Counted from the stretch's first letter, positions 30,203-45,979 are shown. The stretch is 64,000 nucleotides of DNA from Eledone cirrhosa (GCA_964016885.1 OZ024741.1:176266001-176330000), one strand, 5' to 3'. Program-made: numbers and translations. The notes: generated by a model from the letters alone, not told the origin.

Positions 30203-31604
30203 CAAAAGAAATGGAAAATACCAAAATCCAAAAGAAAAAGTGAAATAAAAAATATGCCTTAGTAGCCTGTAGTATGAGATGAAATCCTATAAAGAGTATA
30301 TCATAGAGAGAATTGGACTGAGTCCAACAGACTTGACTTTGACATATAGCATCGTTTGTGTTGTTCTAAACACTCAATATTCTATATAAGTCGTGATCGC
30401 TAAATATTTATGTTAGAGATGAAATTGCGCAATCCGATATAAGAGCTTAACTTTATGAAGTTGTTTCATAACAGGAACATTTTAGAAATACATCTCAGGT
30501 CACTTTTAAACGCATAATCAGATTAATAAAACACGATGAAAGATGTCACAGCTACAACTATATTTCAAGTTTATTTCGAAATTATAATCTAAGTGGCTTT
30601 GAAATTGGCTAGACGTTCTGATAAAGTGGTAAACATTTCAACATTTGCAATATATCTGCTACAAGTAGAGGCTGGGGATTTACAATACATACATTGTTAT
30701 GTCGTTATTGCCAGTTATACTGAGAATACATTAATATTCATAGTAAAAGATTTTAATCTCCAGCTGTTCTTCACTAGGCCAAGCAATGTGAATCTCAGAG
30801 TAACGATTACATGCCTGAGTTCGCAGACAAGTTTATATTCTCAAATTCATGCCTGACTTCATAAACAACTTATATATTCTTATATCCATGTTCGAGTTTC
30901 TAGACAGGTTCATATTTTTATATTATTCTTTGAATTCTGAGACAAGTTTATAATAATATATTCATAGCTACGTTCATAGTTACGTTTATATTCTGTGCTC
31001 TGTTGATTAGTTTATGATTACATATGTCAAATTATAATTCGTAGCTGAAACTGAAGATTTGTCTGAAGATTACTACGTATAATTGTAAGAAGATTTCAAT
31101 GTCAGTGAACAAAGAAGATTGCGACGAAGTGCTGAAATATCGTACCACCATGGATCGGAACCAGGGCTTTACGATCATGAGCTGAACACCCTAGCAACTA
31201 AGCTATGCATCGTTACGAGGCCCACATATGAGGCAATATATAAACTGATCAGGATGTGGTCCTAGACAGCTATCAAACATTAATAGCCTATAATTTCAGC
31301 AGAATTGTTCTGGTCATATATAAAGAAACATCTTTCTTTCTCAAACCATTTAAGATAAGAAAGGCATATTAAAATAATGTAGCACCTGATATAATATAAC
31401 AGCAAACATGCGGGATGTATTTATTATATCTTGAATGCCTGTGATCATACATTTGCTCGATCAGCATTGAGCGTGACAAAACATGAACAATATTGACAAA
31501 AATGAAAACTCTAACACCACTACGGGGAAAAATAAAAATCCTATGAACACTCATTAACTCCTACACCACCCACCACAACCCAAAATGCAAAACCATATTA
31601 ATAC

Positions 31605-32151
31605 TGATACAGTATCGGTAGAGGATCGGACGCCATGCTTTCCAGAATAGTTATGCCCCTTTACGGTCTGAGTTCAAATCCCGTCGAGGTTAACTTTTCC
31701 TTTCATCCTTACGGGGTGGATAAAATAAAGTATCAGTAATGCACTAGTTAATTGCTGGCCTTGTGCCAATTGTAGAAACAATTATATAGGGACAAGGCCA
31801 GCAATTTTGGAGGAAGGGACTGTCGATTAAATCAAGCCCAGTGCGTGAAAGGTACTTTATTTTATCGACCCCGTAAAGATGAAAGGCAAATTAACCTCGG
31901 TGGGATTTGAACTCAGATCATGGCGTCCGACTGCTTTCATTGTTAACCACAAGGGTGAGGGCGGTGGATTAGTAGTATCGGTAGAGGGTCGGATGCCATG
32001 CTTTGCAGCAAAGAGTTACGTCCCTTTATGGTCTGATTTCAAATCCCGCCGAGGTTAACTTTGCCTTTCATCCTTACGGGGGCGACACAATAAAGTACCA
32101 GTAATACAATGGGATAATTGCTGGCCTTGTGCCAAAAGTAGAAACAATTAT
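31605..32151. mobile_element. Cluster of three SINE copies (31605-31785 +, 31790-31930 -, 31958-32151 +)
   Basis: Same SINE family; the last copy is flanked by the 14-bp TSD ttaaccacaagggt. Confidence 0.85.
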
Positions 32152-33180
32152 TAACCACAAGGGTTGACATAAAGAATAACATGAAGGACAGCACAGGACG
32201 GTACAGGACGGTACAAATGGGCAATTTCTGCGTATAAAAAAAAATGATATATATAAAAAACAAACACATAGGATGTAACAAAAAAAGAAAACAAGGGGAA
32301 AAAAAACCCTATAAGGGGGGACACTTCCGACACATATCTAGTCCTGGTGGAATCTTGGTAATGCGGGCTTTAACTGTTCTTTTTTCCATGTAGGTGGGGT
32401 ACATTATAACCTTACTGGTTTTGCAAGCGGTCATTGCGTGTTTCATAGCAAGGGCTTCTGACTTAAACATCACCGAGATTGTGCCGTATTGTTCGCCTAT
32501 CGCTATGTATTCCGTATCGTCTCTGATGTACCTCAGGGCAGCCATGACCTCTGCTTCGTGAATGTTGGTTGCTTTTTTTAATCTCAGCTGAGATGCATGT
32601 AAAGACCAGAGTTCTCATCTCCACTGCTTCTATGGCCTCTGACGAGACATTTAAGTTGGCCTTGGTTTGCTCATTTTTGATGAGCTTCGATGTCTGGGGC
32701 AACTTCTGTTCTTTGTCAGACAGGTCCATGCAAAAGCGGCTGTTGCCGCGGTGAAATAGTTTATCTCTTTTTTGTCCTTGCTGTTGTTGTTATTGATGAT
32801 GTTGTCCTTAGTGTTGTTGTTGTCATTTTTGTTGCTGCTGTTGTTTTAATTTTTCTTCACATTTTATTTTCACTGTTATTGATTTTGTTGCTGGACATGT
32901 TGTTGTTGTTGCTGCAGTTGTTGCTATTGTCCTTTTTATTTATATTAGTGTTCTGACTATAGTTGGTGTAGTTGGTGGGGCAGCTATTGGCGACACAGCC
33001 TAATGTGGTGTCGGTGTTCCTATTTGTTGTGGGAGAGGCGGCGTTATTAGTCTCAACGTTTAAGCTGCTGTTACATCACAGGGAGAGAGCGTGTACTTTT
33101 CCAATTACGAATAAAGGACTTGAGATAGAAATATTCCGATTGTGGATGATGAAAACAAACAATCCTTATGATAATAGGGA
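32152..33180 (-). mobile_element. Internally deleted L1/Tx1-like element (ORF1 part joined to 3' UTR)
   Basis: 32152-32330 resembles the reverse complement of 56510-56675; peptide GEQYGTISVMF..VKARITKIPP matches GQKYGTVDVFF..VKIRVTHVPP of ORF1 at 51702. Confidence 0.8.
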
Positions 33181-34043
33181 TTCCGTTAATAACAACATGC
33201 ACACAGAGATTGATACATAACTAAAACACCAGGACTTGCAAACATATACAACGTACTGAAAATAGCGCTACCATCCACTGCACAGGTATTGCGAAGTGTA
33301 CTCTCAAGACAATAGAAATAACAATACCATTGAATAACTCTGCATATAATCACAGAGCAAAATGTTGTTGGAAATGCAGTGACAATACGCAATGAAAAAT
33401 AATGAAATGACAATCTTTCCTACCACCACCACCACACCACTAACACCGTCTTCATGGATGGCGTGGTTGCAAATACCGCTTGCGTCGTTGTTGCCATGAT
33501 TTTTAGTTATTTAACAGCTTATAAATGTTCATGTCCTTAGAAAGAATGCGACATATGTTAGTAAACATGTATTCAATGGAGTAAAATTTAAAACAAACAG
33601 TTCTGAAACAAGGATTTCTCAATGCTGTTAATGTATTCAATTATTTCTCTAATGTAACATAGAAGGTATTGTGATCACAAAAGGGAATGATGAATGTGTT
33701 TCGAATATTTCATTATAGGTTTATAATGCAATACCTTTGTTTATATCTGTTGGATTTCTGCTCACTTTTCAAAGACTTTGTCATCGTTGTATTGTGTTAT
33801 GGCAATGTATAGCATAAACATGCAGTAATATTTTTAAATTAAAATATCATATAATCTTAATTCCTGCTGCCACTCGATAATGTAATTTTTTTTCAATCTC
33901 ATTTAATGCATATATTCAGAATACACACACACAGACACACACACATACACTCACACACACGCTCACACACACACACACACACACACACATCACACACACA
34001 CTCACACACACATCAGACACACACACACATACACACACACACG

Positions 34044-34164
<121 letters not shown>

Positions 34165-34239
34165 GTATATATATATATATATTATATATATATATATATT
34201 AAATGAGTGAAGAATAATGTGGTTGACTGCACAATAGAG

Positions 34240-34303
34240 TTACCGTATATTACCGGCTTTTGAAACTTATCTGTAATTTATTGTTATATATATATACTAT
34301 TTC

Positions 34304-34371
<68 letters not shown>

Positions 34372-34735
34372 GTATATATATATATATATAAAACAGTATA
34401 TATATATATATATGTAATAGTAAATGACTGATAAGTTTCAAAAGGCGGTAATATGCGGTAAAAATCTATAAAGGCCAAAGGATGAAAAACAAAACAAAAG
34501 AAAGTAATGTTTTACCAGCTATATTTCAACATATATCACGGCTATAGACTTTTTTAAAATATGAAGCAAATACAGTACAAAACAAAAACGAACGTACGAT
34601 TTTGTTTTGAGATTTTTGTGCTTCACATTTGGAAGCATCATACTGGAATATGCTGGTTAAAACATTAATTTTTTTGTTATTTCTGTCATCCTTTCTTCTT
34701 TATATATTTCCACCGCATATTACCGGCTTTTAGAA
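34240..34735. repeat. Degenerate foldback complex
   Basis: atattaccggctttt at 34247 and 34717, its near complement aaaaggcggtaatat at 34440; arms 34440-34585 / 34598-34732. Confidence 0.6.
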
Positions 34736-34770
34736 TAAATCACATATCTTATAATGCTTCGTATACACAC

Positions 34771-34805
<35 letters not shown>

Positions 34806-34906
34806 AATATATATTACAATTTAAAAAAATATGATCAACACTAATGTGTTTTTTTTTGCAAAATGACAATAATTTTTTAGCCAGATAGAAATACCTTAAT
34901 TCAAGT

Positions 34907-34949
34907 ATATTGCTGATGAGTTGTAACAACAACGAAACTAGTTCAATAT
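34907..34949 (+). ncRNA. Canonical minimal type I hammerhead ribozyme
   Basis: ATATTG-CTGATGA-GTTG taacaa CAAC-GAAA-CTAG-TT-CAATAT; all core bases present, palindromic stem III. Confidence 0.85.
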
Positions 34950-35196
34950 TCCTTGTCTGGCTTTCTGGAGAATAGAGGAAAGGTGTTTCCTCAAAAACCA
35001 GTATGACTCTAAAAACCGGTTTGTCTGTGTTTACATACAGAATAGCTGGACACTCACAGTAAAGTGACCAGTGAAAAACTTGGTACATCTACATATGTAT
35101 ACGTGTGTGTATTCATATGCATACTAGTATTTCAGTATACATATGTGGATGTACATTTTTAACTTAATTGTTTATATATATATGTATATATATATA

Positions 35197-35304
<108 letters not shown>

Positions 35305-35317
35305 GTATATATATATA

Positions 35318-36008
<691 letters not shown>

Positions 36009-36022
36009 TATATATATATATA

Positions 36023-36078
<56 letters not shown>

Positions 36079-36083
<5 letters not shown>

Positions 36084-36408
36084 CTATGTTGGAGCGAACA
36101 CCTTAGTTCTGTTTCTTGTTCAGGCCGATACAGACTAAGTTTTCAACTGTATTGAGTTCCTGCAGAAAGCAGGGTAAAGGGAAGCACTACTTTGATAACG
36201 ACCACCTGCCAGAAACTGCAGTCGGTAAATTCTTACCTGCTTCTGGTGGAGCTCAGCACCAGCCACCAGCTCCAAAAATTCATATACAAAGGCTTTCAAA
36301 TATTTATTCGTAAATATATGCAAAAATGCACACATAAAGACACACATACACACACAGGCTCACCCATATACACACACACACACAGACAGACACCTACACC
36401 CACCCACA

Positions 36409-36487
<79 letters not shown>

Positions 36488-36625
36488 CTATGTTGGAGCG
36501 AACACGTTAGTTCTGTTTCTCGATCAGACCGATACAGACTAAGTTTTCAACTCCCACTCTCAAAAGCGTGAACCTAATAAACTACCATTTCTACTGCCTC
36601 TCTGTTTTTTGTTCCTGTCTAATAT
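36079..36625 (+). repeat. Partial direct repeat (36079-36149 / 36483-36551) ending in a PLE-type 3' terminus
   Basis: cagctatgttggagcgaacac.. occurs twice; 36553-36620 resembles the PLE end at 41654-41725. Confidence 0.65.
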
Positions 36626-37019
36626 TTAACTATATATATACAATATATTAACAAATGGAAACTATATTTATAAAACCATATTTATTTCATATACATATTT
36701 CAAGGACACTAAAGCAAATTATGGTGTGCTTTCATCAGATAAAATATAATATGGAACAGTTTTATAAACAAGTATTGACATACCCTTAAAGAATGCGACC
36801 ATGCCGGTTGGAAGCTCCTGGATAGTGGGGTTACTAACTTTATTATTGGTCTATTATGCAAATTAGTGTCGGAGAGGATTAAATCCCGTACATTTAAATT
36901 AAGCCGTTGGAATAGGGAAAATAATTTGTTGAGTGCTTTATATCAGTTATAAAAATATTTGCTTGTTGTATCCCAACAAATTAAATATAACTTCTACACA
37001 CATACACACACACACACAT

Positions 37020-40000
37020 TGGCCTTTCCTTCCACGCATTACCTCTATTTGATTTTGTTACTGTACTTGTTTTTTTTCCGTATATGATTCTTTGACTGTG
37101 TTCTTACAATTTTATTTCTATGATTTTTTGTTCACGATCGCCTGTGTTTTACCTTTATGATTTTTTGTCTTTAATTTTCCTGTTTACTCCCCCCTCCCTA
37201 CGTTTTTCTGTTTCATTTTCCCTTCCCCGTCTCTGCCTATCCTTCGCACTCACCCCTTCGTTCACTCCACCCAGCTTCACACCCCTGCCTTCTCATCCCT
37301 CCCCCTGCTTTCACCCACGCCCACCATGCCCAACCTGAGATCCTTTCTCCACCAACTACATAATCGCCTCAAACTTTTCCTCACCCCCCTCCTCCCACCC
37401 TGCTATCTCCCCTCTGCCCTTCAACTCTCCTACCTTCTCTTCGCCAAAACCCGGCACTCCAGCCACATCCATTTCCTCAACCACTGTCTCCGCCTCCACC
37501 TTATCCCCCTCGGCTTCCGTCTAGACTTCCACCCTTCCCCCGCCGCTTCCCCCTCCACGCAACGTATCCTCACCCGATCCTCACGCCTCCTGATGCGCAA
37601 CTCCATCCGCGCCTCCCGTTCCACCCTCCGCCAACTTGACCACCAACAGACCCCCACCCGCCTCCGCCTTAACTCCACCTGTCACCCCCTCCTCGCCAAG
37701 TGATCCTCTCCTTCATCCATAACCTCAACCACAACCTCTTCTCCTTCCTCAGCTCCACCAAAGCCCGCAAGCTACACTCACTCCTCCCAACCCCCCATCC
37801 ACCACCACCCGCCCATCCCCATACGCCCACCACTCTCCACCTCTCCCTCGACCCACACCCCTACCCAATCTCCACCCTCCACATCACCCCTCACCACACC
37901 CCCTTCCCCCCAAACACCCAAACCCCACCCCTTGTTGTCACCATACCTCCCCCTCTCCGCACCTGAGCGCTCACTCCTTAGTAGAGGCCTTCGCTTCATA
38001 CCCCACACTCCGCACAGCGACGAGTTCCGCACCCGAACGGAAGTCGAGCGATTCGTGCGACGCACTAAGCTACAGGCATATTTCGGCCGAACGCCACCCA
38101 CTCCGGAAGCCCCAGACCCGTTTCTCGCCCTGGGCCGACGACCATCTTCTTGGACGCCGGCCCCAGGGCAATTTAGCACCCTGGACGCCTTCGTCGATGC
38201 CAGCCGTAGCGCAGTAAATCGTTTCGACATCCGCCACCGTTCCAAACGGTTCAATATCTCACGGGGCGAACTCCTCGCTCTCCGCTCCCTCCGTAGCCGA
38301 GATGACATCGTCATCAAACCGGAGGACAAGGGAGGCGCCGTAGTGGTGTGGCGCGGGGACCTCTACACGGCCGAAGCCCTCAGGGAGCTCTGTAACCCCC
38401 TCTTTTACCGCCCTCTACCCTCCGATCCCACCCCCCTCTACCAACAACAAGTCTCCTCCACCACCAAAGACCTTATCGCCTCCTCCCTCCTCCCCCCACT
38501 GCTTCCCACCTCATCGTCCGCACCCCCCGCATCCCCACCATCTACTTGCTCCCCAAACTCCCCAAACCCGACAACCCCGGCCGCCCCATCGTCTCCGCTT
38601 GCAACTGCCCCACCGAACTCATCTCTGCCTTTCTCGACTCCCTCCTCGCCCCCCTTGTCACCACCCTCCCCTCCCACATCTCCGACACCAACCACGCCCT
38701 GCGCCTTTTCGACTCCTTCACCTACCCACCCGGCCCACAGCCCTTCCTCTTCACCCTAGACATCAAGTCCCTCTATACCGTCATCCCCCACGCCGACGGC
38801 CCACGCGCCCTCAAACACTACCTCGACCTTCGCCCCTCCCCCATTCCCTCCACCCCACCCTCCTTCGCCGAGCCGAGCTGGTCCTCACCCTGAATTGTTT
38901 CTCCTTCTCGGGTGAGTTTTACCAACAGGTCACGGGGGTAGCCATGGGTACAAGAATGGGCCCGAACTATGCCAACCTTTTTGTTGGCCATGTTGAGGCC
39001 CAAATCTTCGCCCAGTACACCGGCCCCACGCCCGAACTGTACGGTCGTTACATTGACGACTGTATCGGAGCCACGACCCTCACCCGAGAACAGCTCGACT
39101 CCTTTTTCTCCTTCTTTTGCTCCTTCCACCCCTCCCTCCACTTCACCACCTCTATCTCCACCACCCACGTCCACTTCTTAGACATCTCCGTCGCCTTCGA
39201 CCCCTCCCACCCCTCCCTCGTCACCTCCGCCTTCTTCAAACCCACCGACTCCCACTCTTACCTCGACTTCACCTCTTTCCACCCCACCCACACTAAACAC
39301 TCCATTCCCTACTCCCAACTTCTCACGATCCGCCGTTTCTGTTGACGAAATGCTGACTTTGAGTCCCAGGCCCTTTCCCTAGTCAGCCATTTCATCCGCA
39401 GAGGTTACCCCCCTCTCTCGTCCACACCGCTCTCACCCGCGCCCGTGTTGTCCCTCGGTCCACCACCCTCACCCACGCCACCGCACACCCACCCGCCGTA
39501 TCCCCTTCCCCATCACCTACCACCCCTCCACCTTACCCCTCCACCGCACCATCCACCGCCTCTTCCGACGCCTCCAGTCCGACCCCTCCACCTCCCACAT
39601 CTTCCCAATCCCACCACTCCCCTCCTTCAAACGCGCACGCAATCTCCGCACCCTCCTCGTCCACAGCTCCCTACCCCCCCAACCCACGCTCTGTCCCCCC
39701 CGTTTCCTTTCCCTGTTCTAGGCCCCGCTGCAACACCTGTCCCCACCTCACCAACACCACCACCTTCCAGGGTTCCAACGGCCACTCTCTCTCTGTCCGG
39801 CATGCCTTCCGCTGCACCTCCTCCAACCTAGTCTACGGACTTATGTCGGACAGACGGGGCGTCGCCTGGCGGACCGATTCACCGAGCACCTCCGGGATAT
39901 TCGTCTCGGGGGTAGTTCCCCCATCGCCCGCCACTTTGGTGGCCCTGGACATTCCGCACGCCATCTCACAGTCTGTGGTCTACTCCAGTGCCACGGAACA

Positions 40001-41730
40001 CCCGCCAATCGCCTTACGGTCGAACAACGAACTATCTTCATCTTACAGACCCACACTCCCCCCGGCCTGAACTCCCCACCCTTATTCCTTTAGCCTTAGA
40101 CCGCCCCCCTCCCCCATACTTACCCCCTACTAACACCACTAACACACCCCTCCTTTTCACCGCCCACCCCACAACTAACAATACTAACACCTCCACTCCA
40201 CCCCTCATCTGACCACCCTTCCCCAACTAACATACTAACATCCCTCCCTTCTTCTCCTCCTCCCCCTCCTTATCACACGCACACACCCACCGGCACATAT
40301 ATACACGCGCTCACACTAAACACACACCCTACTACCACCACTAACCCTCACCCCCACACATCTCCCCCCATACCCCCATCCCACCACCCCGCAACTAACC
40401 TCACTAACACCCCCTAACCCCAAGCACACGAACACACGCACCCACTTACATCACCCACCCCACACGCAACTAACATCACTAACACCCCGCAACCCCACGC
40501 ACACGTACCCACACACCCTCGTACACCACCAACTCTACACACCCCACCACCATTAACCCCACTCACACCTGCATTCAACCCCTCCCCACCTCCCGTATAC
40601 TAACACCCACTAACACCCCTTCATCAAACTACACACACACCAGTACACCACACTCCCTCCATAGAACCACACACACCCTTCTCTCCCCGCTCCACCCACA
40701 CCCTCGCCCCACACTCACTCATCCCACTAACACCTCTACTAATACACACACACACACCCTCCTCACTCCAACTTTCACACCTACACATACTCGCCCCTTC
40801 ACCATTCCACCGACTGCTGCAATGCGCTCTGACCACCTCCCAGCACAAACTGACACACAACACTCCCACTGCTTGACCACTTCCTGTTGCGCGCGCACCC
40901 CACATCGATCCTCTTCCGACCGTCGCTTCATGGAATACCCGCACGCAGAAATTGACCAACACAAAATCCCCTATACACCTTTGGAATTTACCTACTTTTC
41001 AACCATCCTCTTACGTAATCACCTATATAACTTACCCACACACACACCCAAAAACATTTTTTTCTTCACACGCCACCTACACCCACAACACGCTTAAACC
41101 CCACACACACGTGCTTTCCACCACATATTTACACCCCCAGCCTCCTGATTCCTCTCCCCCACCCCTCTATCCACACACGCACAGACACTCCGACCCACAA
41201 CCCCTCCCCCCACACACACCTCTTCCTGAACATGCAACCCCGTTCTTCCCCCAACCCTTACTTTCACATACACACACACACACGTACACCTACACACACA
41301 CACAACCTTCAGACCTCCCCGCTCGGACACCCCGTCTCCCTCTCCTCACTCGACCCGCCACCACCCCTACACACCCCACACCCTTCCACCACCTGTTTTA
41401 CCCCCCTTTTAATTTCAGTTTATTTTGATCATGCTTTTATATTTAAATTTATTTCATTCCTTGTATTTTGATCATGCTTTATTTTTATTTTTATTTTTAT
41501 CTTTATTTTTTTATTTTTTTATTTTTTCATTCGCATCGTTTCCTTTCGCTATATGTCACTCCACCACTCCCCTACACACCCTTTGAACTCTGTTCCCACA
41601 CACTTCTGACCTGAGGAAGGGCTTATGCCCGAAACGTCGTCCCCCACCAACACCCCACTCTCCAGAGCGTGAAATTAATAAACATTCGTTGTACTGCCTC
41701 TCTGTTTTGTCCCTGTTCAAATTTTTCCAT
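37020..41730 (+). mobile_element. Near full-length, C-rich Penelope-like element (frameshifted RT and GIY-YIG, long 3' UTR, HHR)
   Basis: LLSRGLRFIP, IVIKPEDKGGAVVVW, LPKLPKPDNPGRPIVS, TLDIKSLYT, GVAMGTRMGPNYANLF, RYIDDC, FLDI, FKPTDSHSYL, YVGQTGRRLADRFTEH; AATAAA at ~41676. Confidence 0.93.
41608..41641 (+). ncRNA. Minimal HHR at the PLE 3' end
   Basis: GAC-CTGAGGA-aGGGC ttat GCCC-GAAA-CG-TC-GTC. Confidence 0.75.
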
Positions 41731-42243
41731 TATATATATATATACCAATCATTTGAGCCCACAAATTCAAGTTTGGCAAGTCTGTATCGTACTGACGAGA
41801 ATTTCTACTCCTTGGGTTCTCCTCAGTGCTCCTTCATCATCTCACCTAGGCTATAGGTTGCATCAGTATGTAGAATGGATATAATAGAAATAAAGATTCC
41901 ATCCCACATTGAGCCAGAACAACACTCAGACAAATTAAGGAGAGCACGCTTATAAGAAAGAGAAGACTGAGCTTCAATAGAAAACACGAATGGAACAGTA
42001 ACACCCAACCTCACAGCATACAGACTTATGGCAAAATAGGACACATATGAAAGAGAGAAATAGTGATAACCCTCTCTACCAACACGCACACAAGGCGCAT
42101 ACGCCCATTCACATACCAAGCACAAACATACGCACACGCACACATACACACACACATACACCCACACACCCGCACGCCCACACACAGTCACCCACACACC
42201 CACACGCACACACACGCACACACACATACACACACACACACAC

Positions 42244-42338
<95 letters not shown>

Positions 42339-45300
42339 CGTTTATTCAGTAAGTAGGTGGATTACTCGAGGTGGTACCAATAGAAATAATCTATGCGAAA
42401 TCAGAATGTGTGTATTAACAAGAAAACTACACCGTCTGTAGAACACCCAATCGGCTCACGGTCCATATGGATGATATAGATTAGATTAACCTTATGATCT
42501 AATTCCTTCTGAGATGAATTACCATGTCTGATGAGCAGATCAATTTTGGAGTTGAGTTTATAACATTCCTATTGATTTTGCTTTAATCATGTGTGGAATG
42601 TGCATAACAATATGTTGAACTGCTTGCACAGATTCACCTGCCCCTCTGTCACTCTCCTATTCATCTTATTTGGTAGGTCGGAGGGATTGCAGTTTATGTC
42701 GTGTTGGCTTGTTCTCAGCAAGCTATCCCTTGTGTAGACTCCCACATACAAACCTGTCTTACAATTTAGTCGTTAGATATCCCACAAATGCTCGGCTAAT
42801 CAGCCTCTACATTCTGTCATGATACAGCCCATACTTCATATTTCTATATTCGTTCTATTATATACACCATTCCAGAACTGCTCGGGAATATCATTAAATT
42901 ATTTTGGTTTCCATATCCCGTACGGTATTTCATCAAAACTAAACGCTCTGTTCAATGTCAATTCAGCATCTTCAGAGTTTCTCTGTTATTTGTTAATTAG
43001 TCTTATGGAGGTTTGCAAACACATTTTGGAAGTGATTTCTCCACATTTGTAGCCTTTCTTTTTCAAGTGTTGGTTCGAGTTCTCACTTGGTTGGATTCTT
43101 TTTTCCACTTATTCTAGTGATGGTTTGCTAGGCTGCTGCAGCTTGTTTATTTTCAATTGAAGGTTGAACCAGGCTGATTTTTTGTTGCTGAATACATTTA
43201 TTTTGAACCGTTATATATGTATCAGATAGATCTTTCGAAGCTTTTCCATGACGTTTTGTATTTATTCTTTAAATCTCCAGCTTCATTAAGTGTTTGTCTC
43301 TTTTGTATTATCTTTTGGTTTTCCCATGGAACACCTTTTCTTACTTTAGATTTTTTTAAACATGTTTTTCTGCAGCACTTTTATGTGCTTTCATGAAAAT
43401 ATCGTATCTCTGTGTTTGGTGTTACATTTTTGGATATTTGAAGAGAGAGATAAGGCCATGTCTCACGGAGATAACGTATCTGATGCATGTCTTGATTCTT
43501 TTGTGCAGCTCAATCAGCATTTTGATGGTGTTCTGTATTCTATTTTCGTAAGCTTAATCGAATCTTTGTTGTAAACATTTAAAGGTCAGAATGAGACATT
43601 TGTGGGACTGTAAAATGAAATGATGGTGGACTTTGGATTATCATTAAATGTTGCTACTATAATTCTAGGGTGAACAGTTTAAAAGTTTCATTGCATGGGG
43701 GTTTAGTAGCGTTCCTACACCTCTAATTGTCGAGTTGATTGAATTCTTCCATGCTGAGCCTGAAAGCGTGGTTCAACCTTTTCCACATTCTTCTTCATAT
43801 TTGAGATCAAGATTTTCATAATATATCCAAATTAATATCAATATTTTGAGAGGCTGGAAGTAATGTGAGTTCAGGTCGATGATCTAAATTTCTGGGAGTT
43901 CGAACGATACAAATAGAAATAGGGACTTTCTTTAAGAAGGTATTTTTGTTGACTCTGTAGCTGCTTTTCAGGGACCAAGGCCGGCATGGGAACCTCAGCA
44001 AAACGCGCTCTTTGTTTGCCAGCGGGACGAGCGTTGCGATATGCATTTGAATTGGGAACTTGTGTGTCATAATAAATAAATTAATTAGCTGATTACACCA
44101 CCTTGGACTCCGCTCCTATGGATGTGTTGCCACAGCTCAACTGAAAGATCTTGGTGGTCCTGACCGCTCATCTTATAGGATTCCTCCGCTCAGCAACAAT
44201 GTAAGAAGAACCGTATGCTTTGTTGAGCTCTACGCTGTCTCTACCCAATAAACGACGCTGCAATCGCTTGCCTTTGCCGCTGAACGGCTGCTATGTCTTG
44301 CTATAGGGCAACCCGTATATATGCAGACCATATTTGTCATTCCGTGAAGTATTTTCAAAATACACACAATTTTAAAAATCATATACATTAATACATACAA
44401 AAAGAAAAAAAATATACATACAGAGTTAAATGAATAAACATTGTTGTCTCTGATCGTGATGAAGTGAGAGTGAATTTGAATTCATATAAAAATGAGTAAA
44501 CTAATTTCTAGAACAACCGTTAATACTGACAAATCCTGTCAATGACAGCGATGGAGAAAAATGTTTCAGAGGACAGAGACTGGTGGCCAGTAGTCGCCTG
44601 AGAGACAATCTACGACGGGGGAGGGGACAGGAAGATGAAACACAGAAAAGATTGAAAGAGGAGGAGGGCAAGGAGAGGTGTGCCGGCAAACAGAAGTGAC
44701 TTCAAGTAGGACATAAAGAAAGTCGATATATAAAATAAGTTCACACATATCTTAACACTCATCAGCTCTCAAACCAGCAAAATGAATTCACATGATTTAA
44801 TTGAGAGTACCATTTTCAATTTTGGATCTCAAGCTGTGGTGTCTGTCCTAAATAGAAAGCTAATCATAGCTATGATTAATTTAAATATTTAAACATTATT
44901 GTCTCTGGTCGAGACGAAGCGAGAATATATTTGAATTCATATAAAAATGAGATTTATCGCTAAAATAGTGGTTTGTTGTTGCACGATCCAGCATTTTAAA
45001 ATGGTACACTTGATTAAATTGTGAAACCCTCTAATGAGCGTGAAAATGGTTGTGAAGCAGGTTTGGTGAGTTTACTAGTTTAGTCACCGACGTCTCGATC
45101 ATCTAACATGTTGCACTGGGTTACGTGCGTAACGAGTCGATAATAAAAAAAAATGTTTATGTGAAACTTCGTCGTGTTAAACTTAACACATACACACAGA
45201 CACACACACATACATATACACATCAGTTGAAAGATGAAGATTGTAAAGTTATGTCAAGGAAACTACCCGTGCAATGTGGTTCTATAATCAGTAAATAGAA

Positions 45301-45979
45301 CTAATATATTTATCCAAGGTGTAATACATATCGAACCAGGAATTATATGTTTCCGTGTGAAAATTCAAGGGTATCGTATGATTGTAAGCACAGAGCACTT
45401 GCCAATAATAAATACAGGAAGTATGAAGGAATTTAGGACATTTCTAATAGTCATACACATAGTAAATGTGAAAAATATGGTAAATGTATGAATTCCATAA
45501 TGTTTTAGTGTAGTATGTAGGAGTAAATCCGTATAGAATAGAATAAACTACCTTAACACATAACGTTGAATTCCTTTTATATTGTGAGAGGCATATAAAA
45601 CTTACATGGATTGGTGCAGGAGGGAATCTACTTGCGAAAAATATTCGATTATCACAAGCACATTATGGTGAATAAAAAAAAAATCAATATTTTAAGCCCT
45701 TACTCGAAAAGTGAATACATTTAGATAACACGTAGCAGTAGGTTTATGAAAATTAAATTATGTATATATGTTTCACAAGTTTCATGATTTTTCAAAAATT
45801 AAGAGAGATAGAGAGATGTGAATGTCGTTTCTAAATGGTGTTGGGAAGTTCTTTCATGATAACTGATCCCTATTTTATCTAATATTTATTTAGTAATTGT
45901 AAAGCACATAAAAATATAAGATTATGTATATATATATATATGTGTGCGACTGTAAGAATATGTAATATATATGTGTATG

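Noticed and set aside
27940-33800. Diverged direct similarity between ~27950-28220 and ~33550-33800
   Set aside because: AT-rich with no ORF or structure; probably an old unclassified repeat
41750-43600. Possible decayed retroelement coding remnants
   Set aside because: No motif clear enough to assign a family by eye
43979-44045. ggccggcatgg, identical to the start of the genomic HDV ribozyme
   Set aside because: The P1 partner is mismatched and no P3/L3 or P2 could be folded; probably chance
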